Positions 46,856 to 57,800 of a DNA stretch of 64,000 nucleotides are shown in pieces. Source of the stretch: Eubacterium sp. (GTDB lineage Bacteria; Bacillota; Clostridia; Lachnospirales; Lachnospiraceae); the NCBI GenBank assembly GCA_016292095.1, contig JAEFAB010000007.1, positions 41,240-105,239 of the forward strand, in the 5' to 3' direction. Position 1 is the stretch's first letter. Every line of letters starts with the position of its first letter. The notes beneath the pieces were generated by a model. The model had not been told where the DNA came from. It saw only the letters and a program-made list of their open reading frames with translations, and made no database searches. The position numbers and the translations under genes are program-made.

Positions 46856-49309
46856 TTATACTAACAAATTATCAAACTGTTTCATGGTTTCAGCATTGTA
46901 TTCCTTATCGCTGAACTGATAAACAGGAGCTCCCTGTTCAATAAACTCCTTCATTCCTTCATAAATGGAATCCGCATCCGTACCCACCAGTAGCTGCCCG
47001 TTTGGAATAACAGCAGAACGGTAAGAACTGAACTTGGACATTAAAATCGGCATGGAAAGAAGTCGTGCTTCTAAAATAGAAACCGGTTGTCCTTCATAAA
47101 GAGAAGGAAGGACGAAGCAGTCACATTCCTTCATAATGCGGAATGGATTGTCCACGTTTCCGGTCATAAACACTTTTCCGGTTAACTGATTTTCCGTAAT
47201 CAGGTTTTGCAGTGTTTCTTTTAAAGGGCCATCCCCCAAAATGTAAAGTCTGGCATTGTCATACTCCTTTTGCAATTTGGCAAAAGCAAGAATCAGTTCT
47301 GCCTGATTTTTTTCCGGGGAAAGTCTTCCCATATTTACAAAGGAAATTCGATTGCTTTCAAAAATTTCCATAATTCCCAAATCCTGTGCGGTTTCTTTGG
47401 ATAATGGTTCTTTTACGGAATCCAGAACACGCTCAAAGTTTGCGGTGTTTCTTACAAAGGAACATCGGTCTTTCAAGTGATGATAGCCAATCTTCTCCAG
47501 ATTCACTTTCATAACGTCTTCTGAGCAACCGACGATTTTATCGTAGAAGTCGTAAGCAGAGAAAACCACGCGAAGCTCTCGGTTATGAGGACGCTTTCCG
47601 TGGATGACTTTTACTTTATCCACTTGCAGGTCGTTATGCTGCCAAATCAGTTTTTTTGCCTTCTGCGCACTCAATAACAAAATTGAGTAGAAGGAGCCGT
47701 AACCGGAGTAGTCAATGACTGCATCAAAACGGCTGTCTCCGAAACAGCGGGTGTATTCTCTGTCATACATTGCCTTTGGATAGATTTTCTTCATGAATGG
47801 AAAATGGAATCCGAAAACCCGAAGGAAATCATTGCGAATCTGTTCCGTAAAGGTGGCCGGTGTGTAATCAATTCTTGCAAAGGCACGAACCGTTTCCGGG
47901 AAAGAATTAATCATCGCTTCGCATTCCGGCAATTTCAGGTTGGCCGCAAAAAGTGTCACATCATATTTATCATAATCCAGATATTGAATCATATTCCGCA
48001 GGGCAGTGGAAATTCCGTTGAGACGAAGTCCGCCCCCAAAGAACAGAACCTTTTTCTTGGATGATTTTTCGCATCTTATCATTCGATATGGTCGCCCTTG
48101 TTCATCGGCGGTTTTTCCTTTGAAGACAATGTCTACAATACGTTTGGAAACCTGACCATCATCATAAGGGCAGGCGAATTCTTTTGCCTGTTGATAGTTA
48201 TCACGGTAGCGGTTCATAACCTCCGGCAAATTGTTAATAGCTTCACCCAAATCCTCCAAGGATGTGAATGCAGGAGCCGGAAGTTCCGAAGGCTTCAAAT
48301 AAAGACCGCGGTCTTCTTCATATTTTTCCAAATCCGGAATATAGAACAGAACCGGTTTACTGCCGGCTAAGAAATCATAAAAGATACTGGAGTAATCCGA
48401 AACCAAAAGATCCGTAACGGATAATAACTCGTTGGTATCCATTTCTGCCGGAATAAATGCAGGGGAAAGCTTTCCCTGCTTCTTTAATGTCTGGTAAACC
48501 ACCTGATGGGGTTTGATTAAAATCTGATACTTGTCGGTATCGATAATCTGTTCCAATGTATTTTGGAAACGGTCAAATTCTTCCACGTCGATTTCCGGTT
48601 TGTAGTAATCGTTCCCTTTCCAGGTCGGTGCATAAAGAAGAACGTCTTTCTTTTCATCAATGGATATGCCGAAAGAAGCGAGTTTTTCCAAAACTTCCTT
48701 TCGGTCTGCCTGAAGCAGACGGTCATTTCTCGGGTATCCCTCTTCAATGATCGTTCCTTCAAAAAGCCCTTCCAGTTTGTACTTCTCTTTGTAGACAGAA
48801 GTAAGGAAAGGATTTTGGGAAATAATATAATCAGCAGACAGGAAATTACGAAGCACATTGGAAATGGTTGCCGCCGAACCCGGAATATCATATCCCAAAC
48901 TCTTCAACGGTGTTCCGTGCCAGGTGTTGATATAAATCTGTCCCGGTTTTTTGCAGTAATAATACGGCATGGAAACATTGGTGATAATGTAACCTGCGCT
49001 GGCAAGGTATTTCAAATGTCCTTTGCTGTGTCTGCGAACAAACATTACATTTTCGGCTTTTGGGAAATGCGCTGTGTCTGCATTGTCGTCGAGAACCCAA
49101 ACATGTTTGAACTGCTGAAAATCAGGGTCTTCTTTCAATTCCGAAAATAAGGCATAAGGATTACAAATCAAGCCTCTGCCAAAATAAGAATCGTATAAAA
49201 CAACTTTGGAATTAACCTTTAAATGTTTATAGTATCCGGCGTACTTGGAACGACGAAGCGTTACCTTGACGCTACCGGCTTTTTTTCGTAATTTTGTTAC
49301 AACGCTCAT
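46856..49309 (-). CDS. TagF-like plus GT4 fusion (paralog of 27235-29784)
   Basis: NTWHGTPLK, GYPRND, YAPTWKG, SDYSSIF; MGRLSPEKN, PSLYEGQP. Confidence 0.88.
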   Translation of the reverse strand: MSVVTKLRKKAGSVKVTLRRSKYAGYYKHLKVNSKVVLYDSYFGRGLICNPYALFSELKEDPDFQQFKHVWVLDDNADTAHFPKAENVMFVRRHSKGHLKYLASAGYIITNVSMPYYYCKKPGQIYINTWHGTPLKSLGYDIPGSAATISNVLRNFLSADYIISQNPFLTSVYKEKYKLEGLFEGTIIEEGYPRNDRLLQADRKEVLEKLASFGISIDEKKDVLLYAPTWKGNDYYKPEIDVEEFDRFQNTLEQIIDTDKYQILIKPHQVVYQTLKKQGKLSPAFIPAEMDTNELLSVTDLLVSDYSSIFYDFLAGSKPVLFYIPDLEKYEEDRGLYLKPSELPAPAFTSLEDLGEAINNLPEVMNRYRDNYQQAKEFACPYDDGQVSKRIVDIVFKGKTADEQGRPYRMIRCEKSSKKKVLFFGGGLRLNGISTALRNMIQYLDYDKYDVTLFAANLKLPECEAMINSFPETVRAFARIDYTPATFTEQIRNDFLRVFGFHFPFMKKIYPKAMYDREYTRCFGDSRFDAVIDYSGYGSFYSILLLSAQKAKKLIWQHNDLQVDKVKVIHGKRPHNRELRVVFSAYDFYDKIVGCSEDVMKVNLEKIGYHHLKDRCSFVRNTANFERVLDSVKEPLSKETAQDLGIMEIFESNRISFVNMGRLSPEKNQAELILAFAKLQKEYDNARLYILGDGPLKETLQNLITENQLTGKVFMTGNVDNPFRIMKECDCFVLPSLYEGQPVSILEARLLSMPILMSKFSSYRSAVIPNGQLLVGTDADSIYEGMKEFIEQGAPVYQFSDKEYNAETMKQFDNLLV

Positions 49310-49497
49310 AAAAAACTCCTATGATTTTTGCTTCTATTATAATATCATAGAAAAGAGGTTTTTCAAAATAGGGAAAGCGGGTTACAGCCTCGAAGTTTGA
49401 CAATCATGGGAAATATTATATAATAGGTGAGTATCGCTGAAAGTTTCAAATGGTAAAATGAATGTGTGCATTGCCGGAAGGCATATGCGGAGGTTTT

Positions 49498-50304
49498 ATG
49501 AAAAAGTATATTGATAGTTTTTTAAGATACAGATATCTTTTGAAGGAACTGGTGGTAAAAGGAATTAAGTTAAAATACCGTCGTTCATACTTAGGACTTG
49601 TATGGACGCTGTTGGAACCATTGCTTACTTCATTAGTATTAAACCTGGTATTCGGAACATTCTTTCATAAGAAGGAATACGTGATGCCGTTTATTATTTA
49701 TATCCTTGTAGGACGTTTGGTTTACAGCTGCTTCTCCAGTGCGACGAAGATAGCTATGCGTTCTATTCGGGCAAATCAGGCAATGATTAAAAAGGTATAT
49801 GTGCCGAAGTACTTATACCCATTGTCCAGTGTAATTTACAATTACATTTTGTTCCTGTTATCCCTGATTGTATTGGCGTTGCTGATGCTGGTTAAAGGGG
49901 TATATCCAAGCTGGACCATTATCGAATTGATTATTCCATTGACAACCCTGTTCATTATGTGTATTGGGGTAGGACTTTTACTGGGAACCGTTTGCGTGTT
50001 CTTCAGAGATTTGGAATATCTTTGGGATGTTGTGTTAATGCTTATTATGTACTGCTCCGGTATTTTCTACTACGTGCATGATATGGGTGGTATTATTTTG
50101 AAGATGATCCGATTGAATCCGCTTTATTGTGTCATCAATAATGTCAGATGCCTTGTGGCCGGTGAGAATTTGTTTACCTATGTTGACCACGGTGCTTCAC
50201 AGTTACAGATGATGGGTTATTCTTTTGGATTTAGCGTTGTAGTACTGATTGCAGGTGTTCTCTTATTTAAGAAACATCAGGATAAGTTTATTTTGCACAT
50301 CTAG
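49498..50304 (+). CDS. Polysaccharide/teichoic acid ABC exporter permease (Wzm/TagG-like)
   Basis: KLKYRRSYLGLVWTLLEP, FFRDL, LNPL. Confidence 0.9.
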   Translation: MKKYIDSFLRYRYLLKELVVKGIKLKYRRSYLGLVWTLLEPLLTSLVLNLVFGTFFHKKEYVMPFIIYILVGRLVYSCFSSATKIAMRSIRANQAMIKKVYVPKYLYPLSSVIYNYILFLLSLIVLALLMLVKGVYPSWTIIELIIPLTTLFIMCIGVGLLLGTVCVFFRDLEYLWDVVLMLIMYCSGIFYYVHDMGGIILKMIRLNPLYCVINNVRCLVAGENLFTYVDHGASQLQMMGYSFGFSVVVLIAGVLLFKKHQDKFILHI

Positions 50305-50312
50305 GAGGAAGT

Positions 50313-51056
50313 ATGGGTAAAGTAGCACTGAAGGTTGAAGATATCAGCATTCGATTTAATTTAAGTAAAGAAAAAGTTGATAACTTAAAAGAATTATTGA
50401 TTAAGAAAGTCAAAGGCGAGAAAATTCGTTTTAACGAGTTTTGGGCATTGAAAAATGTCAGCTTTGAAATAAAGAAAGGGGACCGTTTGGGAATTCTCGG
50501 ACTGAATGGTGCGGGAAAGAGTACTTTGCTGAAGGTAATCGCCGGCGTTTATAAGCCAACTTCAGGAAAGGTTGTGAGAAACGGACATATTGCTCCGATG
50601 ATTGAATTGGGAGCAGGATTTGACCCAAACTATACGGGAAAAGAAAATGTTTTTCTGTACGGTTCCGTATTGGGATTTTCCAGAGAGTTTCTGGAGTCCA
50701 AGTACGATGAAATTTTAGAGTTTTCCGAGTTGGGAGATTTTATTGATGTCCCGATTAAGAATTACTCTTCCGGTATGAGAGCCAGACTTGGTTTCTCGAT
50801 TGCAACAGTGGTAGAACCTGAGATTTTGATTTTGGATGAAGTATTGTCCGTAGGTGATGCCAAGTTCAGAAAAAAATGTGAAAAGAAGATGCAGGGAATG
50901 TTTGATCACGGGGTTACGGTATTATTTGTATCCCACAGTCTTGATCAGGTAAAGCGTCTTTGTAATAAAGCGATTTTATTAGAGCATGGTCAGTTGATTG
51001 CCAAGGGTGACATTGAGGATGTGGCCGAGGTATATGAATCAATGCTCAATGATTAA
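50313..51056 (+). CDS. Polysaccharide/teichoic acid ABC exporter ATPase (Wzt/TagH-like)
   Basis: GLNGAGKST, YSSGMRARL, ILDEVLSVGD. Confidence 0.92.
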   Translation: MGKVALKVEDISIRFNLSKEKVDNLKELLIKKVKGEKIRFNEFWALKNVSFEIKKGDRLGILGLNGAGKSTLLKVIAGVYKPTSGKVVRNGHIAPMIELGAGFDPNYTGKENVFLYGSVLGFSREFLESKYDEILEFSELGDFIDVPIKNYSSGMRARLGFSIATVVEPEILILDEVLSVGDAKFRKKCEKKMQGMFDHGVTVLFVSHSLDQVKRLCNKAILLEHGQLIAKGDIEDVAEVYESMLND

Positions 51057-51112
51057 TTTTGAAAAGAGAAGAAATGTTATATTTCTTCTCTTTTTCAGTA
51101 AAGGAGGTAGTG

Positions 51113-51805
51113 ATGTTAGGAATTATTGGAGCAATGGAAGTGGAAGTGGAAAGCCTGAAGGCAATGATGGATGATGCTCAGGTGATTCAAAAGGCGGGAA
51201 TGGATTTTTACCGCGGAACAATTTCCGGAAAAGAGGTTGTTGTAGTGAAGTCCGGAATCGGAAAAGTCAATGCTGCAATTTGCAGTCAGATTTTAGTGGA
51301 TGTATTTCAGGTTCGGGCTATCATCAATACCGGTGTGGCAGGCTCGTTGAATACAGAGATTAAGATTTGTGATATTGTAGTTTCCACGGAAGCACTGGAA
51401 CATGATATGGATGTATCTCCGTTGGGGTACGAAAAAGGTGTGATTCCGGATATGCCTGTTTCCTGCTATCCGGCAGATGAAGCATTGCGTGAATTGGCAA
51501 AGAACAGCGTGAAAGCTGCAGGACTGGAAATCGGTGTGTTTGACGGACGCGTGGTATCCGGAGACCAGTTTATTGCAACACCGGAAAAGAAAGATGAATT
51601 GCGTGGATTCTTCAAAGGGGACTGTGCGGAAATGGAAGGTGCTTCCGTTGCCCATACGGCATATTTGAACGAAGTACCATATTTGATTATTCGTGCGATT
51701 TCCGATCAGGCAGACGGAAAAGCGGAAATGGATTATCCGACGTTTGAAAAGAAAGCAGCAGAAAATTCTGTGAAGCTGTTAGTGGAAATGATTCGTGCAT
51801 ACTAA
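51113..51805 (+). CDS. mtnN: 5'-methylthioadenosine/S-adenosylhomocysteine nucleosidase
   Basis: GIIGAMEVE, SGIGKVNAA, EMEGASVA, RAISDQADG. Confidence 0.93.
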   Translation: MLGIIGAMEVEVESLKAMMDDAQVIQKAGMDFYRGTISGKEVVVVKSGIGKVNAAICSQILVDVFQVRAIINTGVAGSLNTEIKICDIVVSTEALEHDMDVSPLGYEKGVIPDMPVSCYPADEALRELAKNSVKAAGLEIGVFDGRVVSGDQFIATPEKKDELRGFFKGDCAEMEGASVAHTAYLNEVPYLIIRAISDQADGKAEMDYPTFEKKAAENSVKLLVEMIRAY

Positions 51806-51896
51806 TATTTCGTCGATATTTGAAGAACGATTTTTAATGTAGTGGAATGACTCCTGTGGTAAAATAGGTGCAGAAAAACAAAGGGGGTCATAAACA

Positions 51897-52511
51897 ATGT
51901 TTAATGAAGAAACAAACTATGAAATGATGAATGTATTATTTAATGAAAAGTACTTCCTAATTATTTTAGGAAGTATTTTTTTCTTGGGATTTGTCGCAAA
52001 AGGAATGGTTATGGCACATTTTCGGAGAATGATTCATAGTGCGGAGAAAATCAGTAAGGTCGAGAATGCCATGATTCGGCAGATTAAGATGCGGATTGAA
52101 AGTGTGAAAGAAGTCTGTGGTGAAATTGTGGGACCGGAACCTTTTATTGAACGGCAGTTGAATCGGGAAACCATTGGGCCGGTTTCAGTTAATACAATGG
52201 ATCAGATAATCCATTGGTGCGCAACGGCGATTCTGCTTTGGTCGGTGTTTGGCCTGATTTATAACCGCAGTGCCATCAATATGTTTATCGGAATCGGCTT
52301 TGCTCTGGTACTGGAAGCAGCGGATTACAGTTTCGGAACGGACAGACTCCGGGATGAATTGCGAGTGGTACTAACGGATTATATTGTAAACAGCGGAAGT
52401 GAAAAAAAGAGAGCGTCTCTTCAGGTCGAGGACTCCGGGACAAAAGAAGAAAAGGACAGGGAAATGCAGGAAATGATTTTAAATCAGGTTTTGGGAGAAT
52501 ATCTTCCCTAA
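51897..52511 (+). CDS. Hypothetical membrane protein
   Basis: Three hydrophobic segments; RBS present. Confidence 0.6.
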   Translation: MFNEETNYEMMNVLFNEKYFLIILGSIFFLGFVAKGMVMAHFRRMIHSAEKISKVENAMIRQIKMRIESVKEVCGEIVGPEPFIERQLNRETIGPVSVNTMDQIIHWCATAILLWSVFGLIYNRSAINMFIGIGFALVLEAADYSFGTDRLRDELRVVLTDYIVNSGSEKKRASLQVEDSGTKEEKDREMQEMILNQVLGEYLP

Positions 52512-52584
52512 AAAGACGGTTGAAAAAAGAAATTCGAGTTATTATACTAGAAATTACAATGCCCTTTAGAAGAAGGAGAATGGA

Positions 52585-52866
52585 ATGGAAGAGTTTAAAA
52601 AGAAACAGGAACAGAAACTGGAGCAGCATAAGCAGCAGTTGGCAGCGATTTCTGCTTTCAGCGCAATCTTTTTGGTCATTGCTCTGGCACTGCTCATTGT
52701 ATTGTACTTTTATTACGGAAGTGCCGACGAAGCCAAAATGAGATTGTGCGCTTTAGGATTGTGCGCCAGCGTGGCAATTGCTGTGATTTTAAGCATCGTT
52801 CGCAGAATTATTATTGTTCGATGCAAGGAAGTGACAAAAGATTTAGACCGGATGAAAGATTACTGA
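52585..52866 (+). CDS. Small two-TM hypothetical protein
   Basis: AAGGAG RBS, two hydrophobic helices. Confidence 0.6.
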   Translation: MEEFKKKQEQKLEQHKQQLAAISAFSAIFLVIALALLIVLYFYYGSADEAKMRLCALGLCASVAIAVILSIVRRIIIVRCKEVTKDLDRMKDY

Positions 52867-52900
52867 TTTCAGGGAGCGTGATGTTCACAGGAAAATACTC

Positions 52901-52929
52901 TTGATAAAAGTGTTCCAACACCATATAAT
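52901..52929 (+). promoter_or_regulatory. Sigma-A promoter of pgi
   Basis: TTGATA-17-TATAAT. Confidence 0.7.
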
Positions 52930-53011
52930 ATAATGAGTATTTGTGAGCCAGAGAGAGAAATCTCCCTGACCGAATATGGGTTATTCACAAATTAACGGAG
53001 GAGAAATTAAA

Positions 53012-54358
53012 ATGGCAAAGGTATCATTTGACTATTCAAAAGCAACAAAGTTTTTCACAGATGCTGAAGTAAACAGCATGAAAGAAAAAGCTGAAAGTGC
53101 AAAAAGCGTATTAGTAAACAAAACAGGGGAAGGTAATGATTTCTTAGGATGGATTGATTTACCGGTTGATTATGATAAGGATGAATTTGAACGTATTAAG
53201 AAGGCAGCAGCAAAAATCCAGAGCGATTCCGAAGTATTGGTTGTAATCGGTATCGGTGGTTCTTATTTGGGAGCCAGAGCTGCAATCGAATTTTTGAGAC
53301 ATGATTTTTATAACAATGTTTCCAAGGAAGTTCGTAAAACACCTGAAATTTATTATGCAGGTAACAACATCAGCTCTACATATCTTGCAGGATTGTTAGA
53401 AGTTATTGGTGATAGAGATTTCTCTGTAAACGTTATTTCAAAGTCAGGTACTACTACAGAACCTGCGATTGCGTTTAGAGTATTCAAGAACTTACTTGAA
53501 AAGAAGTATGGTAAGGAAGAAGCAGCAAAGAGAATTTACGCAACAACAGATAAAGAAAAGGGAGCTTTAAAAGTTCTTGCTACAGCAGAAGGATATGAAA
53601 CATTTGTAGTTCCTGATGATGTAGGTGGACGTTTCTCCGTTCTTACAGCAGTTGGTTTACTTCCAATTGCAGTCAGCGGTGCTGATCTTGACCAGTTAAT
53701 GGCCGGTGCAGCAAGCGGACGTGAAAGAGCATTAAACGCAGCATTTGAAGAAAATGATGCAATGCAGTATGCAGTAATCAGAAACATTCTTCACGAACAG
53801 GGCAAATCTGTGGAAATCGTAGCAAACTATGAGCCAAGTCTTCATTATGTAAGTGAATGGTGGAAACAGCTTTACGGCGAAAGTGAAGGAAAAGACTTAA
53901 AGGGTATCTTCCCAGCAGCTGTTGATTTAACAGCAGACCTTCATTCTATGGGACAGTTCATTCAGGAAGGAACAAGATTAATGTTCGAGACTGTATTGAA
54001 CATTGAAAATCCTGCAGCAGAAGTATTAATTGAAGAAGCAGCAGAAGACTTAGACGGATTGAATTACTTAGCAGGAAAGAACATGGACTTTGTAAACAAG
54101 AGTGCTATGAACGGTACAATTCTTGCGCATACAGACGGTGATGTTCCAAACCTTATGGTTAAGGTTCCTGAAAGAAACGAATTCTTCCTTGGAGAATTAT
54201 TCTATATGTTTGAATTTGCATGTGGTGTCAGCGGATACATCCTTGGTGTGAATCCATTTAACCAGCCGGGTGTAGAAAGCTACAAGAAAAACATGTTTGC
54301 ACTTCTCGGAAAACCGGGATTTGAAGATATGGCAGCAGAATTATTAAAGAGACTGTAA
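53012..54358 (+). CDS. pgi: Glucose-6-phosphate isomerase
   Basis: [45 protein letters not shown]. Confidence 0.97.
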   Translation: MAKVSFDYSKATKFFTDAEVNSMKEKAESAKSVLVNKTGEGNDFLGWIDLPVDYDKDEFERIKKAAAKIQSDSEVLVVIGIGGSYLGARAAIEFLRHDFYNNVSKEVRKTPEIYYAGNNISSTYLAGLLEVIGDRDFSVNVISKSGTTTEPAIAFRVFKNLLEKKYGKEEAAKRIYATTDKEKGALKVLATAEGYETFVVPDDVGGRFSVLTAVGLLPIAVSGADLDQLMAGAASGRERALNAAFEENDAMQYAVIRNILHEQGKSVEIVANYEPSLHYVSEWWKQLYGESEGKDLKGIFPAAVDLTADLHSMGQFIQEGTRLMFETVLNIENPAAEVLIEEAAEDLDGLNYLAGKNMDFVNKSAMNGTILAHTDGDVPNLMVKVPERNEFFLGELFYMFEFACGVSGYILGVNPFNQPGVESYKKNMFALLGKPGFEDMAAELLKRL

Positions 54359-54408
54359 TTATGAAATAAAAGAAAAGTCGATTCCGACGTGTGCCGGGAT
54401 CGACTTTT

Positions 54409-54675
54409 TTAATCTTCTTCAATGACGTAGAAGTCCAAATAATCGAAATCAATGGATTCCACAAAACAGTCTGCGGTAAATCGCGTTCTTGCAATGCGTT
54501 TAAATTCTTTAATATTCGTATCCAACCAGATTGGATTGCTCAAATCAAACTCTTCGCAAATCATTTCCAAAGCTTTGAATACTTTGTGTGTTCTCGTATC
54601 ATCCAGATCCAACTCAATGGTAGTGCTTTGCAGCATATTATTATTTTTAAAAGTTCTTCCCCAAACGCGAAACAT
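54409..54675 (-). CDS. Small hypothetical protein
   Basis: 88 aa, GGAG RBS, protein-like composition. Confidence 0.65.
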   Translation of the reverse strand: MFRVWGRTFKNNNMLQSTTIELDLDDTRTHKVFKALEMICEEFDLSNPIWLDTNIKEFKRIARTRFTADCFVESIDFDYLDFYVIEED

Positions 54676-54890
54676 ACTATTCTCCTCACATTTATCAGAT
54701 ATAATGGCAAATTGTGACTAATTGAAAGTTTACCACCACATAAGTTTATGATAGATTGTTGTCTGTGTAAAGTACAATTCAGACAAAAAACAGACAACTG
54801 TTTATTTTGTAAACAAAAAGTGGTAAAATAGTCGGTGCTGCATCTTTGCAGTATGATATTTTTTTTCAGGAAATTGAAGGAGGTATAAAA

Positions 54891-57800
54891 ATGAGGATGA
54901 AAAAATTAATATCACATTTAATGGTAACATCTATGGTTTTTGGCTTGTGCACGAATATGCAATTTGCAAACAATGTAAATGCAGAGTCGGCTCCAACAGT
55001 TGAACTTTCCAATTGGACGTTTCTTCAGGGGGGTGCTTCAGTAGTTGATGTAGAAGCTGAAAACGGAAATTGGGGTTTCCTTAACTCTGTAGTGATGAAT
55101 GGAACAGGTGAAGAAATAACCGGATGGCTCGATGAAGGGGAAGAGTCTAGGGGACAGACAAAAGTAGCAACAGAATCGTCTGATGGATTTACGCTTGATA
55201 TAAAAACCAACGGATGGGATGCAATGTGGAATTATGACCCGACTCGTATTAATCCATGGTCTATTCAGGCAAACATGGAAGATGTTGCAATCAAGGCTGG
55301 ACATACTTATAGAGTAAGTTTTAAAGCCAGTGCAGAAAAAAGAAAATATGGATATGTAAAATTTGAATCCAGCGCAATCGATGAACCACCATATGGTGAG
55401 GAAGAATTTTTGTATGGAGATAACCAGATTATTACTCTGGGAACAGAAGATAAAACATTTACATACGAGTTTACAAACTGGAGTGGCGTAGAAGATTTTT
55501 CAACACGTTTAATGTTTGGTGCATTCACCAGTCAGTATGATTTTGATGGAAATGATATTTCAGATATTATTGCTGAAACTGAAACCACTTGGAGTGGTAC
55601 AGTATCTGTTAGTAACTTCAAGATTGAAGATTTAGGTTTAGATCCGGCATATAAAGAACCAGAAATAAACGGAACTTGTGAAGGTGAAATTCAAGTGGAT
55701 GAAGTAAAGGCACTTCCGGTAGATGGAACATTCCATTATTACACATTTACACCGGAGAAAACAGCAAATTACACATTCTATTCGCTCTCAAATAAGGACA
55801 CATATGGTATTTTATATGATAAATATCTGAATGAAATTGCTGAAGACGATGATAGTGGTGAAGACAGCAACTTTAGCATTGATGCAAAATTGAAAAAAGG
55901 TTATACCTATATTCTGTTTGGAAGATTATATGATGAAAATGATAATGGAAGCATTGATGTATGCATTGAAGAAAACAAAATTGATTCTATTTCTTTCGAA
56001 TTAGCGAAACCAATTGAATTGATTGAAAATGTAGACGGCGATTGGTGCTATGATGATGATGACGATGATAACGAATATTTTGAGTATGATACACCGTCAA
56101 TCCAACAAGAAGGCAATCAGTTTACAGTTAATTATACGGATGGAACAAAGGATGTTTACATTTATCAGTATAACGAAGATGCTGATGATTATGATTTCTA
56201 CACATCTGATGGAAAACATTTAAACGAAGCATATAAGATCTTGACAAATCAGGACACTGAGCATTGGACACTGGGAAGTGATAACTATATGACTTTATCT
56301 TTTCATGGTCATAGTACAAAGATTCCGGTAACAATTGCTTCAAATCCGGTATACAGTATTTCATTTAAACCGGCAGAAGGGGTAACGTTATATGAAAATG
56401 TAGACGGCGATTGGTGCTATGATGATGATGACGAGAAGTATTTTGATTACAATACTTCTTCGATAATTTATGCAGAAGGTAGTACATTGACTGTTTACTA
56501 TAAAGATGGCAGAGACCCGGAAGTATTTACTTATGGTTTCAGTGAAGAAGATGACCATTTTGGATTCTATAATGAAAACGGAGAAGCTTTACCGGGAGAT
56601 ATTGAAGTAAAAGCATCCCAGTACAAGAATCATTGGACTTTAGGAAGTGATAACTATTGTTCTGTTAGCTATATGAACAAAAGTGATCAGTTTAAGGTGA
56701 CGGTTTCTGAAAATCCGGTAAAAGAAATTTCTTTCAATCCGGAAGTGGTTACGATTTATGAAGGAATAGATGGTTATTACGAAGAGGATGACTATGGGGA
56801 AGAGTATTACGAGTACGATACGGATGAATTCTTCAAAGATGGATATCAGTTAACAGTAAAATTTAAAAATGGCTCAGAAAAAATTTACACATATTCTAAT
56901 GAAAAGTGTGATTTCCTTGATGAGGATGGAAGCATCATGCCATATGAAATTTCAAAATCATCAAATCAGTACAAATATCATTGGACAGTGGGAGATGATA
57001 ATTACTTAAAGTTAACTTATATGGGTAAAACAACGGAAGTTCAGATTAATATTGTTAAAAATCCGGTATCAAGCATTAATTTCGAATTTGCAAGACCGCT
57101 CGTGTACAATGTAGAGTATGATGGTGAATGGGATGAAGATAACTACGGAAATGAATTTTTCAGATATAATGAGCCATCAGCATACGAAGTCGGAAACAAG
57201 TTAACAATTAACTATAAGGATGGAACGAAAAAAGTATATACAGCGGAAAAGACTGGAAAAAACGATGTATTTTTCTATGATGAAGATCATAACTTACTTA
57301 CAGTTTCAGAGGTTGAAGTAAAATCTTCTCAGAGTGATACTCCGTGGGTGATGGACAGTGAAAACGAGTTGACAGTATCTTATTGTGGTGCTTCTGTGAC
57401 ACTGCCTGTTTCAATTGTTGAAATGCAGAGAGAATTTGCAGGAACATTGACACTGAATGAGACCGTGGAAGCAACAGTAAACAGCAACAACAGATATTAC
57501 ATTTTTACTCCGCGTGAAGATGGAGCATACCATTTTGAAGCAACAGGAGACGATGATACATACGCTGAATTGTTGAATTCAGACTTTGAACTTTTGGAAT
57601 CTTGCGATGATAATGGTGCAAATGTAAACTTTTCGTTTGATTACGAAATGGAAGCTGGAGTATCCTATGTGTTCTGGCCAAGATTTTATCAGGCTAGACA
57701 GGATGGAACAATTTCCTTTACAGTAACAAAGGTACAGAGTGATTCCGAGGAAGAAACTTCAACAGAGGAAGTTTCAACAGAAGAAGTTTCAACGGAAGAA

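Noticed and set aside
44794-49150. Long alternative ORFs 44794-45324, 46139-46651 and 48563-49150
   Set aside because: They lie antisense to or in alternative frames of well-supported TagF-like genes, with non-protein-like composition.
45119-49309. Invertible (phase-variable) segment, because two TagF genes face against the operon
   Set aside because: No matching inverted repeats at the two boundaries, only local hairpins; no adjacent invertase.
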